A DNA stretch of 64,000 bases from Nitrospirota bacterium (lineage in GTDB: Bacteria; Nitrospirota; Nitrospiria; Nitrospirales; NS-4). Positions 1 to 10,273 of this stretch are shown one piece after another (position 1 is the first letter of the stretch; every line of letters begins with the position of its first letter). The notes beneath the pieces were generated by a model, which saw only the letters and a list, made by a program, of their open reading frames with translations, did no database searches and was not told where the DNA came from. The stretch spans positions 288,001 through 352,000 of the forward strand of contig CAWBGA010000001.1 of NCBI GenBank assembly GCA_963788195.1, in the 5' to 3' direction. A program made the translations under genes and the position numbers.

Positions 1-16
1 CCAACAGGGCGGGTGG

Positions 17-949
17 ATGTTGGCCTCCGTCGTCGGCTTGGTTATTGCCGCCGTTGTGCTGAGTCTGGAGTATGCGCTTCGCAACACCAAGACAGATGTG
101 CTGTTGGGAGGCATCACGGGGCTTGCGTGTGGGCTGGTGCTCGCAGGTGTGGCCGCGTGGGCAGTGGCGGTCACGGTGCCGGCGGTGGAGTCGGTGCCGA
201 TTCTGGGCTTATTGCTGTTGGCGGCGTTCCCTTACCTGGGGCTGGTTTATGGTGTAAGAATCTTTGACAAAGCCGGATATGTGAAACGAATGCGCGGGAT
301 CGAAACAACCGCGTCACTGGTCAGCAACAAGATTCTTGATACGAGCGTCATCATCGACGGCCGTGTGGCCGATCTCTGTGAAACCGGTTTTTTGGAAGGC
401 ACCTTCATCCTGCCGCAATTTATTCTGAACGAGCTCCAGCACATTGCGGATTCAGCCGACCCTCTGAAACGCAGCCGGGGACGTCGCGGGCTGGACATTC
501 TCAACAAGATCCAGAAAATGGTCGATGTCGAGGTCCGGATCGTCGATGAGGACTTTCCGCATATCAAGGAGGTTGACTCGAAGATCGTCGTACTGGCCAA
601 GAAAATGAATGCCAAGGTCATTACCAACGACTTAAATTTAAGTAAGGTCGCCGAACTCCAGGGTGTGCGGGTGTTGAACATCAACGAGCTATGCAATGCG
701 CTCAAGCCCGTCGTGCTTCCCGGCGAGCAATTGCGCGTCTTCGTGTTGAAGGAAGGCAAGGAGTCTGCGCAAGGCGTGGCCTACCTAGATGACGGAACAA
801 TGATCGTCGTCGACAATGCCAAACGCTATATTGGTTCCAACGTCAATGTCGTCGTCACCAGCGTGTTGCAGACTCAAGCGGGTCGCATGATCTTTACACG
901 GCTCAGGGAAGAGACCGAAAACCAGGAACAAGCCGTTGCGCGTGGCTGA
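17..949 (+). CDS. PIN/TRAM domain membrane protein (YacL family); may start before the window
   Basis: N-terminal TM helices, PIN motif ILDTSVIIDGR, RGRRGLD and C-terminal TRAM (GVAYLDDGTMIVV); lies upstream of ispD as in the conserved yacL-ispD-ispF order. Confidence 0.9.
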   Translation: MLASVVGLVIAAVVLSLEYALRNTKTDVLLGGITGLACGLVLAGVAAWAVAVTVPAVESVPILGLLLLAAFPYLGLVYGVRIFDKAGYVKRMRGIETTASLVSNKILDTSVIIDGRVADLCETGFLEGTFILPQFILNELQHIADSADPLKRSRGRRGLDILNKIQKMVDVEVRIVDEDFPHIKEVDSKIVVLAKKMNAKVITNDLNLSKVAELQGVRVLNINELCNALKPVVLPGEQLRVFVLKEGKESAQGVAYLDDGTMIVVDNAKRYIGSNVNVVVTSVLQTQAGRMIFTRLREETENQEQAVARG

Positions 950-1038
950 TAGACACATGGCCGAGTGCTTCTGACGTTATTTGTTATGCGGCAGCGCGTG
1001 GTGAGTGTGCGTGTGTCGCATCACCATAACAGATAAGA

Positions 1039-1762
1039 ATGAATAGCGTGGGAGCAGTCGCGGTGATTCCAGCCGGGGGAGGAGGCCGGCGGATGGGCGC
1101 CGCCACTCCGAAGCAGTTCTTAGCCCTCGGCGACGTCCCTCTTCTCTTGCATTGTCTGCGGGTGTTCGAGCGAGCTCCAAGCGTCTCTCAGGTTATCCTG
1201 GTTGTCCCCGAGAATGAACGCGAGCGAACGCTCGTGGACGTCATCAAGCGGTATGATATCAAGAAGGTGCTGAGGATTGTGGCGGGTGGCGCCACCCGAC
1301 AGGAATCGGTCTATGAGGGCTTGAAGGCCAGCGACCCTGAAGCCGAAATCGTGGTAGTCCATGATGCCGTCCGCCCGTTTGTGACAGAAGATCTGATTGA
1401 ACGATCCATAGCCGAGGCGAGACATACCGGAGGGGCGATTGTGGGAGTCCCTATGAAGGAAACCGTGAAGCAGGTCGGAGCGGATGGGCACATCCTTTGC
1501 ACCATCGATCGTTCACCACTCTGGCTCGCACAAACCCCGCAGGCTTTTCGCCGGGCGTTGCTGCTGGAGGCATACGAGAAGGCGGACGAGCGAACGATTT
1601 GATGCCACGGATGAGGCCGGGGTCATGGAGTGGTTTGGACATAAGGTCGCCATTATCCCGGGCAGCTGGGACAATATTAAAATCACGACACCGGAAGACC
1701 TTCAAATGGCCGAAGCGATCCTGAAAATTCAGCCGAGTTCGACCAAGAATGCCACGCGCTGA
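1039..1762 (+). CDS. ispD: 2-C-methyl-D-erythritol 4-phosphate cytidylyltransferase (apparent frameshift near 1595)
   Basis: PAGGGGRRMG, PKQFL, VHDAVRPF and QTPQAF; the C-terminus (DATDEA, NIKITTPEDL) continues in ORF 1484..1762. Confidence 0.93.
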
Positions 1763-1779
1763 GCTGAAGCAGCCAGACC

Positions 1780-2253
1780 ATGAGGATCGGTATGGGGTAC
1801 GATATCCATCCTCTCCGCCCGGGACGGAAGTTGATTCTTGGCGGGGTCGAAATTCCGCATGGGGCGGGCCTCGACGGGCACTCCGATGCTGATGTTCTCA
1901 CGCATGCCATCTGCGACGCTCTCCTAGGCGCCGTGGGCGAGGGCGACATCGGCATGCATTTCCCTTCCTCTGACCAGCGGAATAAGGATATCGCCAGCCT
2001 CAAGCTTTTGGAGCAGGTGATGTCTCTTGTCCACCGCAAGGGGTGCCGGTTGGTCAATCTTGATGCCGTCATCAACGCCGAGGCGCCGCGCCTTGGGCCA
2101 CACCTGGCGGCCATGAAGGAGGTCTTGGCAAAGACGATGGCCGCGGAGGCGTCCTGTATCAACCTTAAGGTCAAAAGTGGGGAGGGACAGGGCATGGTGG
2201 GCAGACAGGAGGCCATGACGGCGCATGTGGTTTGCCTGCTGGAAACTGTCTAG
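1780..2253 (+). CDS. ispF: 2-C-methyl-D-erythritol 2,4-cyclodiphosphate synthase
   Basis: [29 protein letters not shown] and GDIGMHFP. Confidence 0.96.
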   Translation: MRIGMGYDIHPLRPGRKLILGGVEIPHGAGLDGHSDADVLTHAICDALLGAVGEGDIGMHFPSSDQRNKDIASLKLLEQVMSLVHRKGCRLVNLDAVINAEAPRLGPHLAAMKEVLAKTMAAEASCINLKVKSGEGQGMVGRQEAMTAHVVCLLETV

Positions 2254-2279
2254 CGCATTCTCCAGGTAGGAATGGGGAA

Positions 2280-2930
2280 ATGATGTTCCAAACGTTCAGA
2301 GATGATCTCGCCGTAGTGTTTGACCGGGATCCCGCGGCGACAAGTCGACTGGAAGTCATCCTCACCTATGCCGGCTTCCATGCATTGATTGCGTATCGGC
2401 TGTCGCACCAGCTTCATGAGTGGGGGGTGCCGTTTGTGCCTCGCGTGATTTCACAGGTGGCCCGGTTCTTCACCGGCGTGGAGATTCATCCCGGCGCCCA
2501 AATTGGCCGCGGCTTTTTTATTGATCATGGCATGGGCGTCGTGGTGGGGGAGACAGCCGAGGTCGGCGACTATGTAACCCTCTTTCAGGGTGTCACGTTG
2601 GGGGGAACCGGCAAAGAGCGCGGCAAGCGTCATCCGACGCTGGGAAACCATGTCGTCGTCGGCGCCGGTGCGAAAATCCTGGGCGGCATCCGCATCGGGG
2701 ACAATGTCAAGATCGGCTCGAACTCTGTCGTGCTGAAGTCGGTGCCCGCCAACTCCACCGTGATCGGCGTGCCAGGGCGCATCATCAAGGCGGACGGGGC
2801 GAGACTCCCCGAAGCGACGATGGATCATACGAACATGCCCGACCCTCTCGCCGATCGATTTGAGGCGCTTGAACGCGAGATCATCGAGCTTCGCAAGCAG
2901 ATCGAGAGCCAAAAACCTCCCCAGAAGTAA
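2280..2930 (+). CDS. cysE: Serine O-acetyltransferase
   Basis: [27 protein letters not shown] and [15 protein letters not shown] hexapeptide repeats. Confidence 0.95.
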   Translation: MMFQTFRDDLAVVFDRDPAATSRLEVILTYAGFHALIAYRLSHQLHEWGVPFVPRVISQVARFFTGVEIHPGAQIGRGFFIDHGMGVVVGETAEVGDYVTLFQGVTLGGTGKERGKRHPTLGNHVVVGAGAKILGGIRIGDNVKIGSNSVVLKSVPANSTVIGVPGRIIKADGARLPEATMDHTNMPDPLADRFEALEREIIELRKQIESQKPPQK

Positions 2931-3044
2931 TCCCGCCGCATCACCGACCGCTCGCTATTCAAATTCCTGCCTCTGTCTTCTACCGTCACCATCTTCATTT
3001 TGACCGCCCTTTATTATTCTGACTGCCTTTGTCATTCTGAGCCC

Positions 3045-3780
3045 TTAATATTCCACGCGCACCAGATACAAGCCTTGCGGCGGCGCGGTAGGGCCCGCCT
3101 TCGTTCGATCGCGTGCTGCTAATATCTCAGTGACAGCTCCTGCCTGAAGCTTCCCTCGCCCCACCTCGACCAACGTTCCCACGATATTTCGCACCATCTG
3201 CTTTAGGAACCGGTCTGCCTCGATCTCAAACGCCAATTCGTCGAGTGACGGGATGCAGTCCAGCCTTGTGACATTGCAGACCGGGTTTTCGGTATCGGTG
3301 GGCGAGCCCTGAAATGAGGAAAAATCATGCCGGCCGCCGAGTGACTTCAATGCAGTCCTCATCAGTTCGGCATCAAGTGGATACGGGGCATGCCAGGCCC
3401 GGTGGCGTTCCAACGCCGACCGATGCGGGCGCGTCAGGATGCGGTAACGGTATAGCTTGGACTTGGCGTGAAAGCGTGCATGAAATTCATCCGGGGTCGC
3501 CTCTACGGTTCGGACAGCGATATCCGGCGGCAAGAGTCCATTGAGGGCTCGCAGCCACTCGCGATGCGGAAAGAGTCGCCGCTGTCGTGAAGCCTGCAAC
3601 CTGCCCGAGAGCATGGACACCGGCGTCGGTCCTGCCTGCGCCGATAACGTTCGCATGCTGCTGAGAAACCTCCGCGATGACTGCTTCGAGCGCCGCCTGA
3701 ATGGTGGGGAGGCCGGGCTGTACTTGCCAACCGTGGTAGTCAGAACCGTCGTATTCGAGGGTTAACTTAAATGTGGGCAC
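3045..3780 (-). CDS. truA: tRNA pseudouridine(38-40) synthase (apparent frameshift near 3565)
   Basis: LEYDGSDYHGWQ and AGRTDAGVHA in ORF 3487..3780; FHARF, HDFSSF, FLKQMVR and TAPPQGLYL in ORF 3045..3656. Confidence 0.94.
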
Positions 3781-3796
3781 ATTTCGCTACAGGACT

Positions 3797-5066
3797 TCAT
3801 CCGGCGTAGGCTACCTGGACGGAATTCATATAGTTCCGGATGCCTTCGAAGAGGGCCTCGGCCATTTTCTGACGATAGGACGGGGATCGCAGCAATTTCT
3901 CATCGGCGGAGCTGCTGATGAACGACAGCTCTGCCAGGATGCTCGGCATTGCCGTGTAGCGCAGGACGTAAAACGGCGCCGTCTTAACGCCGTGGTCTTC
4001 TATAAAATACGACATTCCTACCAAGTTCACGATCGCGAGCTTCGTTTCCCATGCGAGGTTTTGCGATTCTTCAATGCGTTTGCTGAGTGCCAGATCCGCT
4101 TTAATGAGATCGAGGAAATTACGAGCGTGGTCGATGGTATCCCCGTTTTCACGGGCTGCGACCTCCATGGCGCGACGATCAGAAGCGATTCCAAAATGGT
4201 AGAGCTCAATCCCGCGCACGCTTCGGCTCGGGTGGGAATTGATATGGATCGAAACGAAGAGATCGGCTTTCTGGGTATTCGCGAATCTCGCGCGGTCGTC
4301 GAGTTCAATAAAGGTATCGCTTGCGCGGGTCATCGCTACCTTTATGCCCATTCGATTCTGGAGGAGCTGTCGCAGGCGCAGCGCAACATCGAGGACCACT
4401 GCTTTTTCCGTCAGTCCGGTCGTTCCGATCGCGCCGGGGTCCTTTCCTCCGTGGCCGGGATCCAGAATGATCGTGTCGATATCGAGGCGCGCCGTGCGTT
4501 GTACTTCTGGAATTTGCCGGGTGACAGGCGGCAACGCAATCTTGGGTTGAACAGGCAGTACAATCTTGGGTTGAACGGCTGGGGCACCGGTTCGTTTTGG
4601 CTCATACTCCAGTACGAGCCGATAGGGCTTGCGCAGGGCCTGCAATTTCAGGCCGGTCAGATCCTCAGTATTCAGCAAGACTTGGATGCGCCGCGCCCCC
4701 ATCTGTTTGATCTCGATTTCCGAGGGGAGTCTGTGCTCGTCAACCTTGCGCTTCGCGGCTTTGCTGAGAACCGCGTTCAGTGAGATTTATGACGACTCGA
4801 TCCTCGCCTACGCTCTGACGTGTGTACTCCAAGGGTCGGGCAAGGTCGAAAATGAGGCGATTCTGTCCGGCCGATGCATAGTATCGGAGATTCGCGATCG
4901 TCGTCGCGGTCTTTGCCGGCGCTTTGTAGGGGTGTTAGAAAGAGAATTGCCGGACTGCTTGGCGATGGTCAGGGTGGGAGCGGTGAATACACCCGCGCAA
5001 AAGAAGAAGACAGAGCAACTGGACGGGTGACATCCAGACAGCCCGGTATCTTAGGGCGTGACTCAT
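3797..5066 (-). CDS. N-acetylmuramoyl-L-alanine amidase (Amidase_3) with N-terminal region broken by apparent frameshifts; start approximate
   Basis: IILDPGHGGKDPGA, LTEK, ADLFVSIHIN and MPSILAELSFIS; upstream frames give a signal-like and AMIN-like segment. Confidence 0.88.
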
Positions 5067-5147
5067 GGCTGTGCGATAAGGCCCTGTTATCATGTGCAAT
5101 AGTTAAGCAAGAGGAAGAGTCTTGTCAAGGCTTTTACGGAGGCCGCG

Positions 5148-5176
5148 TTGACACCTACTCGTCTGCCCTATAGGCT
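5148..5176 (+). promoter_or_regulatory. Putative sigma70 promoter, probably giving a leaderless transcript of the NYN gene
   Basis: TTGACA (5148-53), 17-bp spacer, TAGGCT (5171-76); ATG follows 6 nt later with no SD. Confidence 0.55.
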
Positions 5177-5182
5177 AAGCCT

Positions 5183-5698
5183 ATGATTCACCTTGTCATC
5201 GACGGCTACAACCTCCTTGGCGTGCGCGGAGGGTTGAGAGGGGATATAGAGGCGCGCCGCGAAGCCTTGATCCGCGAGTTAGTGGGCTATCGGCAGCGCA
5301 AGGGATATCCGCTCACGGTGGTGTTTGACGGGTGGCGATCGGGCCATCCAGTCGAGCATGGTGAATGGCGGGAAGGCATCGAGGTGATCTTTTCGCGCCA
5401 GGGGGAAACTGCCGATACGGTCATCAAGCGGCTCGCGGCGAAGTATGGCAACGCCTGCGCGGTTGTCTCATCCGACCGCGACGTGGCCAGTTACGCGCAG
5501 GGGCAAGCAGGAACCAGCATCACTTCCGGAGAGTTCGAGAGCCGGCTACATCAGTCGGGTGCGCGACCGATCGCGCGAAAGCAGGCCGCTGATGATGAAG
5601 AGGAAGACCGCGCGCAACGGGATCCTAAGAAGAAAGGCAACCCCAAGAAGCTGCCGAAGAATATGAGACTGAAGGCGCGGCAGATGAAGAAATTCTAA
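5183..5698 (+). CDS. NYN domain RNase (YacP/Rae1-like)
   Basis: LVIDGYN, VVFDG, ETADTVIKRL and VVSSDRDV. Confidence 0.88.
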   Translation: MIHLVIDGYNLLGVRGGLRGDIEARREALIRELVGYRQRKGYPLTVVFDGWRSGHPVEHGEWREGIEVIFSRQGETADTVIKRLAAKYGNACAVVSSDRDVASYAQGQAGTSITSGEFESRLHQSGARPIARKQAADDEEEDRAQRDPKKKGNPKKLPKNMRLKARQMKKF

Positions 5699-5722
5699 AT
5701 CAAGAGCGCAGGTCCTGTTGTG

Positions 5723-5777
5723 CTTCGACAAGCTCAGCATGATCGGACGGAAACCGTTCGCCCTGAGCCTGTCGAAG
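5723..5777. repeat. REP-like palindrome between convergent genes
   Basis: CTTCGACAAGCTCAG ... CTGAGCCTGTCGAAG inverted repeat. Confidence 0.75.
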
Positions 5778-5854
5778 GGCGCTCCGTCATGGTCCCACTC
5801 GGTGTCACCCGCATGAAAGTTAGATACTCTCTCCCCCGGTGGGGCGAGGGTATC

Positions 5855-6625
5855 CTATTTGATTTGGAACAGCCGTTTGGTGTTCTGCGTCGTTGCTTCT
5901 TCGACTTTCTCCATGTCGATTCCGTGAATCTCGGCGATCTTCTCGGCAACCTGCCGGACGTAGGCGGGTTCGTTGCGTTTTCCCCGGTGGGGAGCAGGTG
6001 TTAAGTAGGGGCTGTCGGTCTCGACGAGGATGCGGTCCAGCGGCACGGTCTTCACGATCTCGCGGAGCATCACGGCGTTTTGAAACGTGACGACGCCGGA
6101 GAATGACAGATAGAAGCCCAAGTCCAAGGCATCTTTGGCAAGCCAGGCGTCTCCCGAGAAACAGTGAAAGACGCCGCCGAGTTCGGAAGCCTTCTCTTCT
6201 TTCAGAATCGTGATTGTATCCTCCTGAGCTTCCCGAGTATGGATCACGATCGGCAGTTTGAGTTCCCGTGCCAATTGAATCTGCTCCCGGAAGCGAATTC
6301 GTTGCACATCTCGCGGCGAATGATCGTAGTGGTAGTCTAGCCCTATCTCGCCGTATGCCACCACGCGATCACTTCGGGCCAACGAGCGAAGCTCGTCGTA
6401 CCAGTCTTCCTCGATCAGCTTGACTTCATGCGGATGCACGCCCGACCGTCGCAGCAAATGAACGGATGCTCGCTGAGCCAGGGCTACGGCCGCCCGGCTG
6501 GTCTCCAGGTCGCATCCAATGGTCACGAAATGCTCGACTCCCGCAGCACGGGCGCGAGTCATCATCACCTCTCGGTCGGCATCGAACCGCGCATCATCGA
6601 TATGGCAGTGGCTGTCGATCAGCAT
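5855..6625 (-). CDS. tatD: TatD family hydrolase
   Basis: LIDSHCH, GVHPHE, GEIGLDY, IHTREA, HCFSG, ETDSPYL and RNEP. Confidence 0.95.
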   Translation of the reverse strand: MLIDSHCHIDDARFDADREVMMTRARAAGVEHFVTIGCDLETSRAAVALAQRASVHLLRRSGVHPHEVKLIEEDWYDELRSLARSDRVVAYGEIGLDYHYDHSPRDVQRIRFREQIQLARELKLPIVIHTREAQEDTITILKEEKASELGGVFHCFSGDAWLAKDALDLGFYLSFSGVVTFQNAVMLREIVKTVPLDRILVETDSPYLTPAPHRGKRNEPAYVRQVAEKIAEIHGIDMEKVEEATTQNTKRLFQIK

Positions 6626-6729
6626 GCGAAATTCCAAAACGTGAGACGGCACTATAGCATAAGGTGACCCAAACTTGACGCTTTCCACAAGTCTGTGGTA
6701 CGGCTATAGGGTTCTTACCTGAGGCGCGC

Positions 6730-7053
6730 ATGAAGTTTCGCCGTACCTCTACTCTACTTCTCGCGGCGCTGGCGTTGTGCCTGGTGGCATTACCTGCCGT
6801 TTACCGCGACCCTGGAACTGCACCACCACTCGGTGAGGCAGATGAGGACGGCCATCAGCACTCGGCGGCGGACCTCTGTTCTTGGGTGCAGAGCCATGTC
6901 GTCGTCCTCGGTGTCGGCTGCGTCCTTGTGCTGGATTCTCGGCCGGCCACCTCTGAACCGGAGACTCCGCATCATGACCGAACGGTCCATCATCTCCTGC
7001 TCGCTGAGATCTTCCCGTCCGCGGGCCTCCCTCTCCTCTCCTCTAAGCCATAA
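6730..7053 (+). CDS. His-rich small leader protein (DUF2946/CruR-like); true stop probably 7046 after indel correction
   Basis: N-terminal hydrophobic helix and DGHQHSAADLCSWVQSH; the -1 frame at 7020 reads RGPPSPLL*. Confidence 0.65.
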   Translation: MKFRRTSTLLLAALALCLVALPAVYRDPGTAPPLGEADEDGHQHSAADLCSWVQSHVVVLGVGCVLVLDSRPATSEPETPHHDRTVHHLLLAEIFPSAGLPLLSSKP

Positions 7054-7133
7054 TCGTCCCACGCTAAGCGATCCGCTCCGCTGTTGCGATGGCGTGTGGA
7101 GTTCTGTATGTATTCGAGCATGAGGAGTGGTCT

Positions 7134-8570
7134 ATGCATACCCGCCTGTGTGCCTGTGCATGCGTGGCTCTGTGTATCTTGGTATTCGGCGAATGGTCGC
7201 ATGGATTTGCGCAAAGAAATCGACGCTTCGGAGATCGAGAATTTGAAGAAGCAGATAGTCAGATGGAGGAACAGCTGCGGCAGCTCCGACAGAAAGTAGA
7301 CCAATTGGACACGAAACCAGTGCGACCCGAACCTCTCGCACAAGCGGGGAAAGAGGCTCCTGACGTCGAACCAGACGAAAAGGAGCAACGCCTGCGAGAT
7401 CTTGAACGCCAAGTGCAACAACAGCGGGTCGCAAGCCGAGGGATTTTGGCGCCGTTTAACCCCAAGATTTCTCTGAATGGATTATTTTCGGCCGCGATGT
7501 TCTCGGAAAAAGACAACCTGAACTTTGGCGGCCATGACCCGCACGTGCAGGGGTTCAATGTACAAAATGTCGAGCTTCATTTGCAGGGAACGGTCGATCC
7601 ATATTTCAAAATGGACGCAAATGTCGTGACGTTTCTTGACCATGGGGAGACCAAGGTTGAATTAGAGGAGGCGTACGGAACGAGTCTGGCTCTACCGGCC
7701 AATCTGCAACTCGTGGCCGGACAGTATTTTACCCGGTTCGGCCGGCAAAATTGGCAGCATCCCCATCAATGGGACTTTGCAGATCAGCCGGTCATCCTCA
7801 ATCGGATCTTTGGGCCGGATGGGCTGCGTGGGCCGGGGGCGCAGCTCTCCTGGCTGGCGCCGACCCCTTTCTATCTGGAGTTCATCGGAAGCGCACAGCA
7901 GGGAGAAGGAGAGATCGCGACGAGTTTTCTCTCAAAGCCGGGGGACACGGTAAGAGGCTATACACTCATCGACCGTCCTGTTCGGAAGATCGGCGATCTA
8001 GTGTACATGCCTCGTGTGGTGACTTCCTTCAGCCCGACGGACGAAGTGACAGTCGTGCTCGGCGGCTCTGCTCTTTTCGGCCCCAACGCCTCGGGTACCA
8101 ACAACAAAACCAGTGTCTACGGCGCGGATCTCTACGTGAAATGGAAACCGGTGAATCATAGCCATGGGTTCCCATTCGTCGCCTGGCAAACCGAGTATCT
8201 GTTCCGTGACTACCAGGCCGGGCCCGACGACATCAATGGGATTCCGGCTTCTCGCCCGAAAGATTTCGGAGTCTACAGCCAAGTCCTCTATGGATTTACA
8301 TATCGGTGGGTAGCCGGATTCCGTGTGGACTACGCTAACAGTTCCGGGGGGGATGTCGCCGCCCCATTTCTGGCGACCCTGGGCCAACGAGATTTGGTGG
8401 GAGAGCGGTGGCGCTTGTCGCCGAACGTCACGTTTTATCCCAGCGAGTTCTCGAAATTTCGCCTGCAATACAATCTGGATTTTGCCGCGAGTCGTGGCCG
8501 TGAAGCCGTGCATGGCCTGTTTCTTCAGGCGGAGTTCAACATTGGAGAGCACGGAGCCCATAGCTTCTGA
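7134..8570 (+). CDS. Outer-membrane beta-barrel/porin associated with a metal ABC transporter
   Basis: Signal peptide, coiled coil, VDPYF, LEEAYG, QHPHQWDFAD, SEFSKFRLQYN and C-terminal GEHGAHSF; SD GAGGAG upstream. Confidence 0.8.
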   Translation: MHTRLCACACVALCILVFGEWSHGFAQRNRRFGDREFEEADSQMEEQLRQLRQKVDQLDTKPVRPEPLAQAGKEAPDVEPDEKEQRLRDLERQVQQQRVASRGILAPFNPKISLNGLFSAAMFSEKDNLNFGGHDPHVQGFNVQNVELHLQGTVDPYFKMDANVVTFLDHGETKVELEEAYGTSLALPANLQLVAGQYFTRFGRQNWQHPHQWDFADQPVILNRIFGPDGLRGPGAQLSWLAPTPFYLEFIGSAQQGEGEIATSFLSKPGDTVRGYTLIDRPVRKIGDLVYMPRVVTSFSPTDEVTVVLGGSALFGPNASGTNNKTSVYGADLYVKWKPVNHSHGFPFVAWQTEYLFRDYQAGPDDINGIPASRPKDFGVYSQVLYGFTYRWVAGFRVDYANSSGGDVAAPFLATLGQRDLVGERWRLSPNVTFYPSEFSKFRLQYNLDFAASRGREAVHGLFLQAEFNIGEHGAHSF

Positions 8571-8650
8571 TGCTAGATAGTCAGGATGACCACCGTGGGC
8601 TCAACATGACCAGCGTGGTTCAGAGTGACAAAGATCGGCGAGGAGTAGAT

Positions 8651-9575
8651 ATGAAAGGATATATTGGCATCGTTTTGCTTTTCGCGTGCCTCTTTACACC
8701 TGTTGGCATTGCCCATGCCAAACTCACAGTCGTGGCGACCACGCCTGACCTGGGATCTCTGGCTCGGGAAATCGGCGGGGATCGTATCGACGTCGTAAGT
8801 CTTGCAAAAGGGACTGAAGACCCTCATTTCGTGGATGCGAAGCCGAGCTTTATCAGGATTCTCAATCAGGCCGATGTTCTGACTGAGGGCGGGGCGGATC
8901 TTGAGGTTGGGTGGCTGCCGCCGCTGGTTGTGAATGCCCGCAATTCCAAAATCCAGCTCGGTCAGCCTGGTCGGATCATCGCCGCCGAGGTGATTAGACT
9001 CCTCGAAGTTCCTTCTGGGCCTGTTGATCGCTCCATGGGTGACGTCCATCCTTTTGGCAATCCTCATTTCACGATGGATCCGATAAATGGAGTGCTCATT
9101 GCGCGGCTGTTGTCGGAACGATTCTGTTTGGTAGCGCCCGGTGACTGCCCCGTCTTTCAGTCGAATCTCAAACAGTTTGAGTCCAAGATACATGATCGGA
9201 TGCTGATCTGGCAGAAACAAATGGCGCCGCTGAAGGGTGCGAAAGCCATCAGCTACCATAAGTCCTTTAATTACCTCGCGGAGCGATTCAGGATTACGCA
9301 TCGTCAATACGATTGAGCCGAATCCGGGGATTCCTCCCTCTGCCAAGCACGTCCTTAATTTAGTGGCACAGATGAAGGCGGAGTCGGTGCGGCTCATTCT
9401 GATGGAACCGAACCACGAGCGGAAGACTCCGTCATTTCTCTCGCAAGAGACCGGCGCCAAGATCGCGTTCGTGCCATCCATGGTCGGGGGGACGAAGGAA
9501 GCATCGGACTACGTCGAGCTTTTTGACTCGATCATACAGACATTGCTGGCTGCAATCGGGGACGGCATTCCTTGA
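8651..9575 (+). CDS. Zn/Mn ABC transporter substrate-binding protein (apparent frameshift near 9290)
   Basis: VVATTPDL, EDPHFVDAKPS, DVHPFGNPHF and YHKSFNYL; continues as IEPNPGIPPS in ORF 9237..9575. Confidence 0.9.
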
Positions 9576-10273
9576 GAATCTTGCTGCGACTGTCGGACAT
9601 CAGTACCGGGTACAACGGCGCGCCGGTGCTTGAGCATATCGACTTGGAGATCGCGCGCGGGACCTTCGTCGGCGTCATAGGTCCCAACGGCTCCGGCAAA
9701 TCCACCCTCCTGAAGGCCCTCGTGGGTATCCTCCCTGTTTCGAGCGGGCGGATAGAATTTCCGGATGGCAAGCCTCGGTTCGGTTACGTGCCGCAACGAG
9801 ACACACTTGATCCCCTCTATCCGTTGACGGTCAAGGAGGTCGTCCTGATGGGCACCTATGGGGGCCTCGGGCCATTGAGCGTCATTCGAAAGTCACAGCG
9901 TGAGCGAGCAATGCACGCGCTCTTGGAAGTAAGGGCAGAGGGTCTGGGATCCAGACTCTTTGCGGAGTTATCGGGCGGTGAGCGACAGCGGGTCCTGATC
10001 GCCAGGGCCCTCGCCTCGAATCCGGAATGTCTCGTCCTGGATGAGCCCGTTGCCGGCATCGACCAGCCGACTACAGAGGTGATCATGGATTTGGCGCAAG
10101 CCTTGAATACGACGCAGGGACTTACTGTTGTAATGGTCAATCACCATATCCTTTCGCTACGCGGCCGGGCTCAGGAAATTATTTGGATCGTTGATGGTAA
10201 GGCGGTGTGGGGACCGGCCTCGGCACTGCTGACGAGGGAGAAGATTGAAGAAATGCTGATGCGGGGACCGTAA
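9572..10273 (+). CDS. Metal ABC transporter ATP-binding protein (ZnuC-like)
   Basis: GPNGSGKST, GYVPQ, LSGGERQR and LDEP. Confidence 0.92.
   Translation: MRILLRLSDISTGYNGAPVLEHIDLEIARGTFVGVIGPNGSGKSTLLKALVGILPVSSGRIEFPDGKPRFGYVPQRDTLDPLYPLTVKEVVLMGTYGGLGPLSVIRKSQRERAMHALLEVRAEGLGSRLFAELSGGERQRVLIARALASNPECLVLDEPVAGIDQPTTEVIMDLAQALNTTQGLTVVMVNHHILSLRGRAQEIIWIVDGKAVWGPASALLTREKIEEMLMRGP

Noticed and set aside
6..19. AGGGCGGGTGGATG resembling the G-rich element tail
   Set aside because: The preceding G-run is absent, the upstream context is outside the window, and it reads as ordinary coding sequence (QQGGWM).
4537..4580. 24-bp-period direct repeat CAATCTTGGGTTGAAC in the amidase gene
   Set aside because: It is a simple duplication encoding VQPKI twice in a Pro-rich linker.
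3773..4783. Long antisense ORFs (also 8573-9481, 24587-25783, 48270-49703, 59281-60468)
   Set aside because: They are shadows of well-supported genes on the opposite strand in GC-rich DNA and have no recognisable motifs.
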